NCBI RefSeq assembly: GCF_006345805.1 | Contig: NC_043001.1 | Span: forward strand, 82,398,001-82,462,000 | Length of the DNA: 64,000 nt | Direction of reading: 5' to 3' | DNA from: Octopus sinensis | Taxonomy: Eukaryota | Shown: one piece after another, positions 14,258 to 25,855 of the stretch | Numbering within the stretch: position 1 is the stretch's first letter | How the letters are laid out: every line of letters starts with the position of its first letter | Position numbers and translations under genes: made by a program | Notes under the pieces: model-generated | Database searches by the model: none | What the model saw: the letters and a program-made list of their open reading frames with translations, nothing else | What the model was told of the DNA's origin: nothing

Positions 14258-14555
14258 TGCCCTAGGTGTTGGGAACTTGCTAAATTGTCAGTTATAAGAT
14301 AAGTGCTTTCTGTGACTATGAGCTGTTTTGGCTCACATTTCTTGCAATACTGCTACCCTTAGTCACATTATAGATAGATATTTGTTGGCTTCCTTTTGTC
14401 TCAGGAGACAATGGATTTGTGCATAAACTAATCCAGTTTGGTTTTTACATTTCAAAACTTTAAGTCTGGTGCTTATTCTAAGTTAGGGGACGTAAAGACA
14501 CAAACACCGGTTATCAAGCGGTAGTAGGAGACAAACACAGACATGTATGTATGTA

Positions 14556-14629
<74 letters not shown>

Positions 14630-14659
14630 ATATATATATAATATATATTATATATATAT

Positions 14660-15365
14660 ATATAGACAATTAAGGACTGAACACGAAAAGTGACAGTCAA
14701 CATGCTAGATATAGACGTCAAATCGCCATTCACCCACAAAAGATTATGTTCTCAGATCAAACTCAGCACAAAACCATAGCAATAAACAAGTGAAAAATAT
14801 ACGAAATAAAATAATTACCCATCAATTTCTACCCTTAATTAATTTTATATAAATAAATATGTTCTCTAACCGATAAATTGACTGCTGCTAATTATTAGCT
14901 GCAGGCTAGTTTTCTCGGGCCTCAACGCGCCAAAGTAAAGGCATTTGAAAGATATATTCAAATGTAATAGGCTGAACTCCATGCACGCGATATTTCGGTA
15001 TCGTGTTTGCATCTAGTCCAGCAAATTACATTTATAACGGACCATGCTGATGATGGCTGCAGTTTTCCTTGCGGAAAATAACAGCTGAAACTAATTAGTA
15101 CAGGGTAATATTTTTTTCGTATATTTTTCACTTGTTTATTGCTATGGTTTTGTGCTGATTTTGATCTGAGGAACTAATCTTTTTGTGGTGAATGGCGTAG
15201 TTACCTCTACATATAGCATGTTTACTGTCCACTTTTCGTGTTCAGTCCTTAATTGGTATATATAAATATTTTAATCTTCGGATTCTTTTTTAATATGCTA
15301 GACCACTGGTCTTAATTGATAATGTCAATTTCTACCTTAATTAATTTTATATAATTAATATATAA
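14660..15365 (+). mobile_element. Penelope-like/retrozyme-type non-autonomous element flanked by (TA)n
   Basis: 14660-14820 is the reverse complement of 15103-15265. The direct repeat TCAATTTCTACC(C)TTAATTAATTTTATATAA occurs at 14822 and about 15325. Contains a hammerhead motif. Confidence 0.65.
15041..15106 (+). ncRNA. Type I hammerhead ribozyme, near-intact
   Basis: ACCATG CTGATGA T GGCTG cag TTTTCC TTGC GGAAAA taa CAGCT GAAA CTAATTAG T A CAGGGT: intact CUGAUGA and GAAA, extended stem II, palindromic stem III ACTAATTAGT, GUA cleavage after 15100, stem I 5/6 paired. Confidence 0.75.
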
Positions 15366-15380
15366 TATATATATATCTAG

Positions 15381-15439
<59 letters not shown>

Positions 15440-15547
15440 GTGTGTGTATGTATTTATATTTCTATTATATTAAGGGCATTACTATACATAATGCCTCACG
15501 CTAGGAGGAACTCTTAAAGTCAAACTACCACAATAAAAATTGTAAAC

Positions 15548-15582
<35 letters not shown>

Positions 15583-15589
15583 GCGTGTG

Positions 15590-15735
15590 TGCGACGGGCT
15601 TCTTTCAAATCTACTCACAAGGCTCTGGTCAGCCCGAAGCTACAGTAAAAGTCACTTACCCAAGGTGTCATACGGTGGGACTGAACACATAACCATGTTG
15701 TTGGGAAGCAAGCTTCTTAGCACACAGCCACATGC
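15590..15735 (-). mobile_element. SINE family B 5' half
   Basis: GACGGGCTTCTTTC...CACTTACCCAAGGTGTCA...GGGACTGAAC...CTTAGCACACAGCCAC. Confidence 0.85.
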
Positions 15736-16164
15736 AGACGTATGTATTAATATATCTACATTTATTTATCAACAATGACAGTAACAACAATAATGATGAT
15801 GATCATGATGATGCTGATGCTGTTGTTGGTGTTGTTGTTGTTGCTGGCGGTGGTGGTGGTGGTGGTGGTGGTTGTGGTGGTAATGGTTGTAGTGCTGGTG
15901 TTGGTAATAATGGCTGTGATAATGGTGCTGGTGAAGATGATATATATGTGTGTGTGTTAGTGTAAGCGAATTTGTGAAAGAGAGAGAGTAAGTGCAAAAG
16001 AGTATATGTGTGTGAGTGAGAGAGAGAATGTGTTTGTGTGTGTGTGTGTATGCGTGTGCGTGTGTGCGCGTGCGGGCATGAGAGTGTGTGTGTTTTAAGA
16101 CTACAAGGGAAAAGTTTCTTCAATCATTTCTCCGAGTTATACTCTGTGGAAACAAGTGTACACA

Positions 16165-16183
16165 ATAGATAAGTTAGACAGAC

Positions 16184-16257
<74 letters not shown>

Positions 16258-16439
16258 CAGACAGATAGATAGACATAGATAGATAGATAGATTAGTAATA
16301 GATAGATAGATAGATATATAGATAGACAATAGATAGACAGACAGATAGATAGATAAATAGATAGATATATGATAGATAGTAGATAGATAGATAGATAGAT
16401 AGATAAAAAATAGATAATTATATAGATGAGAGATAGATG

Positions 16440-16480
<41 letters not shown>

Positions 16481-16505
16481 TAGATAGACAATAGATAGAT
16501 AGATA
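16165..16505. repeat. Degenerate (GATA)n array abutting the Tx1 3' end
   Basis: Direct reading. Confidence 0.95.
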
Positions 16506-16809
16506 ACTTTTTATTGTAGCCACACAGGGCTAAACACAGAATAAAAATGGACGAAATACAATGTAGATTTTTTCTTTTCGAGTGGGATGGGTGGGGCAAA
16601 AAAAAAAAAAAAAAAAAAAAAAAAACGTTTGATCAATAGGGATCTGTGGGTTGTGTGGGTTAAAAAAAAGCCAATATATATATATATATAAGGTTCACAG
16701 TTTAGGTGTAGTCTTGGAAAGAAAAACCTACAAAAAAGACCAAGTTACCTCAGGCAATTCGAAAAAGAACACATGAGTAAGTCGCCTTACTTCTCGTTGT
16801 CTCTTTTGG

Positions 16810-19800
16810 TTACAGATTTATGCTTAAAATAGTGTCGTCTTTCATACTGACCATTTTTGCCACTTTTACCCACTTTTTATTAAAACATTCGTTCGACAAA
16901 GCCTTCCTCTATTCTCATCCTCCTTTTCAAGTGGTACTTGAAAAAGTTGACGAGAGACTGACCAGAGGAAGGTGTTTTTTGCAGTCCTTTCAAACGCGTC
17001 CACCACACACACATTCTTTCGCCATAGCCATCAGCGTAACGAAAACCGTTTTCCCTTCCCGTTTAAAGGAAGGTGGTGGAACAATATTCACATAGACTCG
17101 GCCGATAGGCGAGCCTGACCTACACGTGACAACAGCTGTTCGACGAAGGACCACAGCTCTGAAATATCTGGACACGCACCGTGCGTGCAGAACGGTTTCG
17201 TCGCTCTGACCGCATCTCGGGCAGGTCGGTCCGGTGATGGTTTTCGAACCGTGTCTGTAGCTCTTCTCTCGAACAGGTAGTGCGTCTCGATAGCACTGCC
17301 AAGCCAGGTTTCTGGAAGTTATCCATAGGCCCCGGCCCGAACGTCGTCCTGAACAGGCGGGTTAGGAATTCCTCGTCGACGCCCAGGTTTGCCCCGAGTG
17401 TGTCGTCGGACCTCCCCTCCACTAGTCCTCTATAGAACGCTTTAGTCGTTTGAAGTTGCACAAGTTTGACCCCGTCGGCAGAGCTGCTGTAGAGCTTGGC
17501 GACACTCTCGGTGCCAATCGCCCAGTTCGGTCTTTTTTGATCCACGTTTGCAGTTCGGTCAGTGAGACGAGCTGCGGGAAGTCGCGCCTCACAAACGGCG
17601 CCCACACTGTTCACCGTCGTCGATGAATTTCCAGAGATGTCGCAGTCTCAGCGCATGCCTGCGCATCATCAACCACGGCATGCCCAGTCCTCCATTCAAC
17701 GGATGTTGACAGCAAATGGACTTCCTCACCATCGGAACGCCACCCTTCCACAGGAAGCGGAAGAGTATGCGTTCCAGTTTGGTGATGGTGGCGTCGGGAC
17801 AAGGTACGACGGTCAGGCGGTAATCGATGACGGATGCGATGTACGCGTTCGCCACCTCCGCCCGGCCTTTTAGAGACAGCTTTCTCGGCCCATGTTTGGC
17901 TGAGAGCGACCACTCTACTCGTGATCTCGTCCCAGTTCTTATCCATTTGGAGGTCCGGACTGAACCAGACCCCGAGCAATTTAACCGGTCCGTCCGTCCA
18001 GCGTCCCACTACTGAGCCGCAGTCGGACGGCATGGGCTTGCTTCTCCAGGTGCCGAGTAGCAAACCCACTGACTTTTCCGGGTTAATCTTTGCTCCCGTC
18101 ACCGTTTCATATTTTCTTAGTGTCTCGCCGACCAGCTCGATGTGCTGGTAGCTCGACACTATGACGGTGACATCGTCCGCATATGCCGACACGCTCGTCC
18201 CGCAACCCAGTTCCCGTGGGATGCCCCTCAGTGTCGCCAGCTTCCGCAGTAGCGGCTCGAGAGTCAATACATACAGAAGCGCCGACAGGGGACACCCCTG
18301 ACGGACCGAACGCGTGATGTCAAACGGTTTCGACAGGTGACCGTTCACCCGAATCACCGATCGGATGCCGCTATACAAGGCAGCGATCCAACCGCGGAAG
18401 ACGGGACCGAAGCCAGCCGCCCTGAGGACGGCCGCCAAGTACCGATGGTCGACCCTATCGAAGGCTTTAGACTGATCCAAATTTATCAGCGCCCCACCCA
18501 TGCCAGGATCCTTAACTACCCTGTCCACAATGTAGCGCATCAGATGGAGGTTGTCATGTATGGTTCTGCCGGCACGGCGCATGTTGCGCCCTGTCGACCA
18601 GTTTACCAATGACAAGCGCCAACCTCTCGGCTATTACTTTGGCCAAAATTTTCAAATCTGCGTTGAGCAGAGTGATGGGCCTGAAATTATCTATAAAATT
18701 CCCCTTGTTTGAGTCTTTCTTCAGCAACGTCACTGCACCTCGGCTCACGAAACCGGGGATTCTCCCGTTTTGTTGCCAGTTGCAGTAGACTGATGCCAAG
18801 AGGTCGCCAAACAAGTCTGGCATTCGACAATACAGCTCGTAGGGTAAACCATCCAATCCAGGCGACTTATCCCTCGCGCAGCCCGCCATCGCATCCCACA
18901 CGTCAGCGGCTGTGATGGGACTTTCACAACACTCCGCTTCTCTTGCCGAGAGCCGCGGCAGGTCGGTCAGGTAGGCACTGAAATCCATCCCTCGTTCCGA
19001 CCCACCACTCGCACCAAACAGTCGAGCAAAGTGCTGTTGAAAGGCCTCACACATCCTTTCGGGTTCGAGTAAACTGCATCCCTGTTGATCTATTAGAGAC
19101 CGAATGGTTGATCTGTTGCCACGCTGCGCCTCCGCTACCCGGGCCTCTCGCGCAGCTTCAATCCCTTCGTTCCTTAAGGCACGCATTTTAGCTCTGACGA
19201 CGCAACCTTCGTGCTTGGCGTTGAGGTGTTGGTCGAGGGCCATCCTCGCAGCCGCACGTTGGTTGCGCTGCCAGTGGTAAGTGCCTCTTCTAGTTTCTTA
19301 ACTAAGTCTCCCTCTACTCTATTCGTTCTATCGCTAATTCCTTGCTAAACCTAATTGATTCCGATTTTATTGCCATTTTCAGGGCGTACCACCAGCGGTT
19401 GTTAACGACCGCTCCTGTCAGCGCCCTCTTAATTAACTCGCTAATCCGGTTCCTGTAAACCTGTCGCGCTAACAGCGACGTGTTCAGTTTCCAGTAACCG
19501 GGACCCTGCCTATGTGTTTTATCTAAGTCGAGCGTACACGTAACAAATTTGTGATCTGTGTAGCTGACTATTTTAAATTGTGGACATCCAACACTATCCG
19601 CTGTCCTGCATAGAATTCTATCTAGATAAGATCTCGACGATCCGACGCGGTTTGTCCAAGTCCACGTTGGTACGTTCGGATGGTCGAGTCGGAACCTGTC
19701 AGACAAATGGAAACGTCTGAGCATGTCTTTGAGGCTCTTACACCCCCTTCTATTCCTATCCCTTCCCACATAATCTAGATGCGTGTCCAAGGTAGCGTTC

Positions 19801-20233
19801 CAATCCCCTACTAACAGTAAAGGTCTAGACGTACCCAGGAAAACCTCTAGACGTCTGAAGAAATCCGCCGACCCGTTAAGGACGGTGCATAAACTGCCAT
19901 CAGACGGAATGCACACCCATTTCTGCCATCCACGTCCAAGACAACCAGCCTACCCTCCGGGTCTAGGAATATTGCTCTTACTTTTACTTTTAGACTCTTT
20001 CGAAAAAGCACCGCAGTACCTCCACCACCCATGTTCGGCAGACAGGGAGAAAAATAAATGTCAAATTGATTGCCAAACATGGACTCGAGGGCCCGCGGCT
20101 TACTGAGTCTGGTTTCACTGATAGCTACTATATCCACGTCCAGTGACTTGATGTCGTTTAGAAGGTAACCTTGCTTCCAAGCCGACGCCAAGCCACGCGC
20201 ATTCACACAACCTAATTTAAGCATACTTGACAT
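16810..20233 (-). CDS. ORF2 polyprotein: AP endonuclease + reverse transcriptase + zinc finger; frameshifted at about 7 points as assembled
   Basis: EN motifs GCVNARGL, DIVAISETR, LVGDWNA, SYLDRIL, TDHKFV. RT motifs KSPGLDGLPYELY, FRPITLLNADLKILAK, LDQSKAFDRVDH, VRQGCPLS, AYADDVTV. C-terminal RCGQSDETVLHA..C; stop TAA at 16812-16810. Confidence 0.92.
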
Positions 20234-20289
20234 TTACGAAAATTGTGTTTTACACACATATTAGAAGAGACAAGAGGCAAGAAGTGAGG

Positions 20290-22163
20290 TCACTTACTCA
20301 TTTTAAAAGTTTCATTTTTTTCTTCTTCTTCTTTTGTATCGTTTTTGATGAGGTGTTTGTATAGTTTTTTCGACAGGTATCGTTGATACCCGCCTACCGC
20401 ATTCGAAATAATGTTTTCAGTATGTGGTGTTGTGCTTGTGTTATGTGTAAAATTTGGTTTCGGTGGTGTGGTGTGCGGATGATTGTTTGTCTTAAAGTCA
20501 TCTTCACAGACGACCATGTTAGATTGATGTAGTCCATTAATTCTTTATTGTCTGTGTCTATTGCAGTTAGTTGTGTGTGTGGTTTTACGGGTTCATTACT
20601 TTTTTGATTGTCTAGGGGGATGTTGTCCTGAGTTAGATATCTCCCTGCTTTAATTCCTTGTTTGGTGGATTTTTTGGATCTTTTTCTTTTACCCCCTGTG
20701 GCTATTTGCCATTCCGTCGAACTTTCGTCGTCCGACGTATCAGTATGGGTAGAGGAAACATTTGCATTACTATGTATGCTTGTATAAATTGTTGATGTTT
20801 TGTGCGGTGTTTGTGTTGTTGTGGTGTTAGGGGTAGCATTTGTCTTCTCGTCAGTGTTTTCTCTTGTCTGTTTAATTGTCGTCCTGGGTGTGGGCGTGGG
20901 TCTATTTTTGTTAATTCAACAGGTTTAATTGGTTGTGAAGTCAACGGTGATTGTGTTGGTACTGTTTTTCTTGGTGATGTTGTTGGGGTTTGTTTGCTGG
21001 TTTGTTGTTTTCTTGGCGTTGTTCCATAATTGAGTGTGTTGTGTTGGTGTTGGCAACAAAGGGATTTTATTTGTTTTCTGAATTGTTCTTTCTTGTTTTT
21101 TCTGTACCAGATCGCACTTGGCAATCAAATGTTCGGGGCTGCCACATTTGTAGCATCTAGGCTTTTTGCCTTCTGCCATAACATATAGGCATTGCCCATT
21201 CTCCAAGTATATCTTGTCGGGTAGGCTCTCGATAGAGGCCCCCTCAATCTGGATGGTCACTACTACTGTTTTTCCACCCCAATTGTCGTTTAGGTACACG
21301 GCTGTTTCTAGAATATTGATCTTTTTCAAGTGGTAACAGATTGCCCCTGTTATCCATTTGTTCGGCATATCGGAGGGTACATTTCTGATAGTAATTCTAC
21401 TCACCTCTGGTTTTTATAATAAGGGACCATGATGATTTCATCATTTCCCAGAGACTCAGTAGAGTGAGCTTTTGCCACTTCCTGGTTAGGGAAGCGGACC
21501 ACTACTGTGTTAAACTGGGGACCCCAGTTATATACTCTTTTTCTTTCATATATGTTTTTAAACATTTCTCCACATCAGTTTTGTAATCTGTTCATTTGGT
21601 TTTTGTTGTTTTTCTAATAATTTTATATACAATTGTCTTATTTTCTATTTCTTGTTTTATATGTTGAGGTGTATGCAGGACTAAATCTTGTCCACGGGTT
21701 GTAAAGAGAGCTCTTGTTTCTATGAGCTCTTCATTTGTGAATGTAACAATCTCCTTTTTCTGGCGAAGAATATCTGCGAAATTTACTGTTGTTGACTTTT
21801 TTGTATTGGCATCTTCACTATTAGATAGTTCATTTTTATTGTTGTTCTTGTTGTTGCTGTTGTTTTTGTCAATAGTTTTCGTTTCAGTTTTTTTTTTTCA
21901 TTTATGTTGGTCGTGGTAGTGGTGGTGGTGGTGGTGGAGGTGGTGGTGGTAGCGTTGTTGTCTTCGTGGTTGCTGTTGGTTGTGGTGGTGGTGGCGGTGG
22001 TGACAGGGCTGTTAACGCACGTGGTTGCAGCGTTCATCTCACCGAATTTTACGTTGGCATTTTCCGTGCGAACGTTCTTTTCTTTCTCTGTCGTTTCCAG
22101 ACTAGGGAAATGTTGTTCCATAAAAGAACGCGACCAGCGTTCAACAATAAAATTTCTAGACAT
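20290..22163 (-). CDS. ORF1 gag-like nucleic-acid-binding protein (frameshifted as assembled)
   Basis: Fragments 21783-22163, 20925-21404 (RITIRNVPSDM...PRCYKCGSPEHLIAKC, CX2CX4HX4C knuckle), 20702-21124 and 20290-20517 lie immediately upstream of ORF2 on the same strand. Confidence 0.8.
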
Positions 22164-22365
22164 TTTCTAATGTCGAGAAGAAAATAATAGAAATGAAATG
22201 GGGTCGAAACTGCCCCTAGGGGCGAATTCCTCCCTTGGAAAAGCACTCAAATGAAAGTTGGTTGCCTTACACACCTTATTTGCAAAAATCTACACAAAAA
22301 TTGGCCTATAAATAGTCAAATAAATGATTACCTTCGGAGCTGAAACGACATCACATCCGTCAATA

Positions 22366-22367
22366 GC

Positions 22368-22465
<98 letters not shown>
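22366..22465. repeat. (GATA)n then (GACA)n array abutting the Tx1 5' end
   Basis: Direct reading. Confidence 0.95.
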
Positions 22466-22928
22466 AGCAGCCAGAAAGACGGACGAATGGACGGACGGAC
22501 AGATGGATATATATCTACAAGCATACTGGCATACATAGATATACATACATACATAATTATAAAACATTTTAGGGATTCTTTGTTTGAGTCCCCTGAGTAA
22601 ACATTTGAACACACTCGCACGTGCATATTGAATACATATGCTTGCACACATATTAACAGTAATGAAACATGTACTTGAGTTCTATAGTGACATGCATTTG
22701 CACGTGTACATGTTTGTCTATAGGGACAAGCATACGCATAACATATTTATATATACGCATACATCAACCGTTCGTGGTAAACTCAGACGCCAAGATCGAT
22801 ATTGAGTTAAACAAAAAGGGACTTGTCTTTTTGTTAGTGACCGGCTTGAACTCTGCGAAGGAAGAAAATGTTAAATACATCCTTAAGAAAAACACAAGCA
22901 CTCACTGACAGACGTATATGTGTGAATA

Positions 22929-22968
<40 letters not shown>

Positions 22969-23064
22969 TGTGTGTGTGTGTGTGTGTGTGTTGTGTGTGT
23001 GGTGTGTGTGTGGTGTGTGTGTGTGTGTCTATATATATATATATAATATACAACTAAGAGAGAG

Positions 23065-23098
<34 letters not shown>

Positions 23099-23189
23099 TT
23101 CTGTCCGTTTGTGTGTTTGTTCGTTTGTTTGTCCACCAAAATGAAAGTAAATGGTTCAAGGGAAGCTATTATGCGTTTTCTATATCTCA

Positions 23190-23969
23190 TATTATGCTAT
23201 TGCCAAATTTGTCTCAGCACTAATTGTGCACAAACCTATGAGGAACTACATTGAGGCAAATATTCTCACTGGTTGTGGTAAAGGTCACACCATCTTCGTT
23301 TTTCGCATACCAGTTATACCATCTAATGCCCCATTCCAATTTAAGCCGTTACAGTTTCCTATCCCGCATTCTTTTGCCATGAGCATTAATAAAACTCAGG
23401 GCCAAACACCAAGAGTTGCTGGATTGCAACTTAGAGAACAAATAGAAGTTCGTGTATAAAATCCATCTTCTTTCAACTTCAATTATTACATGTTTTTCTC
23501 TTATACAATACACACACATAGGACGAGTAAATCTAAATCTGTAGTCGTAGTCTCACCCTGGTCCAGATTTGAACTGAATTTTTCAGTTTTCCTTGGGCAT
23601 TCAGCCTATTCAAATGTCAAAAGAAACCGTGTCAAATAGATTTCCACTTCACCTGCGGCCTTCTCAGTGCCATTGCCCAGTCATCTGGATTCTGTAAAGC
23701 TATTCCCTCTATATGATATAGCTATGCTTCTAGCTTCATTCATGTTTAAACTGTATCTTTCAGTTCTCGTTTAGCATACCGTCTATTCAAGCGTCAAAAA
23801 AAGCAGTGACAAATGGATGTTCCAGTTGACCTGTAGCCTTTTCAGTGCCATCGCAGTCACCTAGATTCCGTAAAGCTATTCTTCTATATGATATATCTAT
23901 TTTTTCTAGCTCCTCGGCCCGAGGAACAGTACAAGTAATTACCCAATCAACGACGAGAACTACTGCTAG
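23190..23969 (+). mobile_element. Helitron remnant: PIF1-like helicase C-terminal fragment, 3' region and CTAG end
   Basis: 23210-23445 translates LIVHKPMRNYIEANILTGCGKGHTIFVFRIPVIPSNAPFQFKPLQFPIPHSFAMSINKTQGQT (RepHel FAMTINKSQGQT motif). Ends ...ACTACTGCTAG|T at 23969. Confidence 0.8.
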
Positions 23970-24260
23970 TATATATATATATATACTAGCAGTAGTTCTC
24001 GTCGTTATATATATATATATCTTTAGTTAAATATATTCAATGAGAATATTATATACTGAATTTATATTGAGTGCTCTATTGTATCAAATTATTAATACTA
24101 TTAAAGTATTTATATATTTAATACGAGCGATTATATATATCTTTTTAATAATATATTATTAATAATATCAGGAAATCAATATTAGAAAATTCTTTTATAC
24201 AACAATTATTTTATAGACGTATATATCTTTCTGAGGAATTTTCTAATATTGATTTCCTGA

Positions 24261-24334
<74 letters not shown>

Positions 24335-24404
24335 TTACTGCTGATGCTGATGCTGCTGCTACTACTACTACTACTACTACTACTCTACTACTACTAATAA
24401 TAAT

Positions 24405-24451
<47 letters not shown>

Positions 24452-24455
<4 letters not shown>

Positions 24456-25772
24456 GGGTGATTGAAAGTAACTATCTGTTTTAAAATACTTATAAATTAT
24501 TTATTAATTGGAATTTTTACAAAAGAATGGATATGAGAGGAAAGCTTTTAGTATGAGGTTTCATTTAAAATTCGATATGGGTTCCAGATGTCGCCACCAG
24601 CTTCTTGAGTCGCCCGGGATTAGCGTCCACTGATTTCACCAGAAACTCTTGTGGGATGAAAGATATGACTTCTCATATTCGCTCTTCAAGTTCTTCCAAA
24701 GACTTTGGTTTGGTACAGTAGACTTGTTCCTTTCACCAAACCCAAATTAAGAAGTCATAGATTGTTAAGTAGGGACTCTTGGCCGACCACTCATCCGAAC
24801 CACGATGACCCATCCATTTCCCGGGGAAGTGGGCATTCAACCATTCACGAACAACAAGAGCAAATGTGGAAGGGCGCCGTCCTGCATGAAAATCAAATTT
24901 CCAATATTCTTCCAAGTACTGATAACTGTCCAGATCTCATCTTACAGCACAGTGAGGTACCTTTCGGCATTCATGGTATTGTGAAGAATGAATCGACCTC
25001 CAGTATTGTCTGAAGTCATTCCACAACACACCGTTACTTTGGGTCGATTCTGCACTTTTTCAAAGATAACAAGAGGATCCTGTCCTGCCCAAAGTGGCAG
25101 TTGTGACGGTTTATAAAGTCACCGATGTGAAAAACCACGTCATGGGTCCAGAGGATATTTTTATAGAGATTGAGCTAATTTTCATACCAAGCCAGCATAA
25201 TCTCCATAGATTCCACGCGAATGTCTCAGTCTTAAGCGGAGAGTGACTGGCAGTAGTGCGGCTTCCAAGCATGCAATTTAAGCTCTCTTGAGCACAGTTC
25301 GTATTATGTGAAAGGAGAGCCCGCTTTCCCTTCCTGCATGTCGAAATGACTTTCCTGGGTTACGTGTAAACATTTCTTGAACTGCTTGCACTGTCTCCTG
25401 GTCGTTGGGCATTGAAGGGCGATCACTTCTTCGAGTATCAGCTACAGACCCTGTAGCTATAAGTTTTGCGTGACAATTCTTGATCGTTTTTGCGTCAAAT
25501 TGAACGTGTATTTCTCTAATGGTCTTTCACCATCTTTGCACTTGAACAACGGATTTCCACACTTCGTAACGTACCGCTCGCTGGGCACCACCCTGCAGGA
25601 TAAGATATTCAGCTATATTTGTTTGGTTCATCAAATTTCAAACGAAATAATCTCAAACAAAAATACGATTACAGATTAAACTCTCATACTTCAATAAATT
25701 TGAGAAAATAATTGCAATTAATAAATAATTTATAAGAATTTTAAAATTGGGAGTTACTTTTCAATCACCTTG
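24452..25772 (-). mobile_element. Tc1/mariner-superfamily DNA transposon with both TIRs and decayed transposase (DUF4817/DD41D-like)
   Basis: TIRs AGGGTGATTGAAAGTAACT..TTTTAAAAT.CTTATAAATTATTTATT at 24455 and its reverse complement at 25720-25772, TA context. Minus strand reads (QD)GAP..FALVVREWLNAHFPGKWMGHRGSDEWSAKSPYLTIYDFLIW and KLIATGSVAD. Confidence 0.85.
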
Positions 25773-25784
25773 TATATATGTACA

Positions 25785-25829
<45 letters not shown>

Positions 25830-25855
25830 ACACACACACACACACCACACACACA

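Larger units (their letters stand above)
13835..14370. mobile_element. Fold-back element (about 230-bp imperfect inverted arms) with a hammerhead motif in each arm
   Basis: 13860-14085 is the diverged reverse complement of 14122-14350 (e.g. GCCAGATCACTAGTGATT vs AATCACTAGTGATCTGGC; GTATTGCTAGAAATG vs CATTTCTTGCAATAC). Confidence 0.8.
16506..22365 (-). mobile_element. Apparently full-length L1/Tx1-clade non-LTR retrotransposon (about 5.9 kb)
   Basis: 5' UTR, ORF1 with CCHC knuckle, ORF2 with APE, RT and C-terminal zinc finger, 3' UTR ending AATAAAAAGT directly into (TATC)n. (TATC)n also precedes the 5' end. Confidence 0.93.

Noticed and set aside
16598-16625. Poly(A) run as a possible retrotransposon tail
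   Set aside because: It is on the wrong strand for the Tx1 element (poly-T in its 3' UTR); the true 3' end is at about 16506.
16820-20106. Plus-strand ORFs within the LINE
   Set aside because: Antisense shadows of the GC-rich ORF2.
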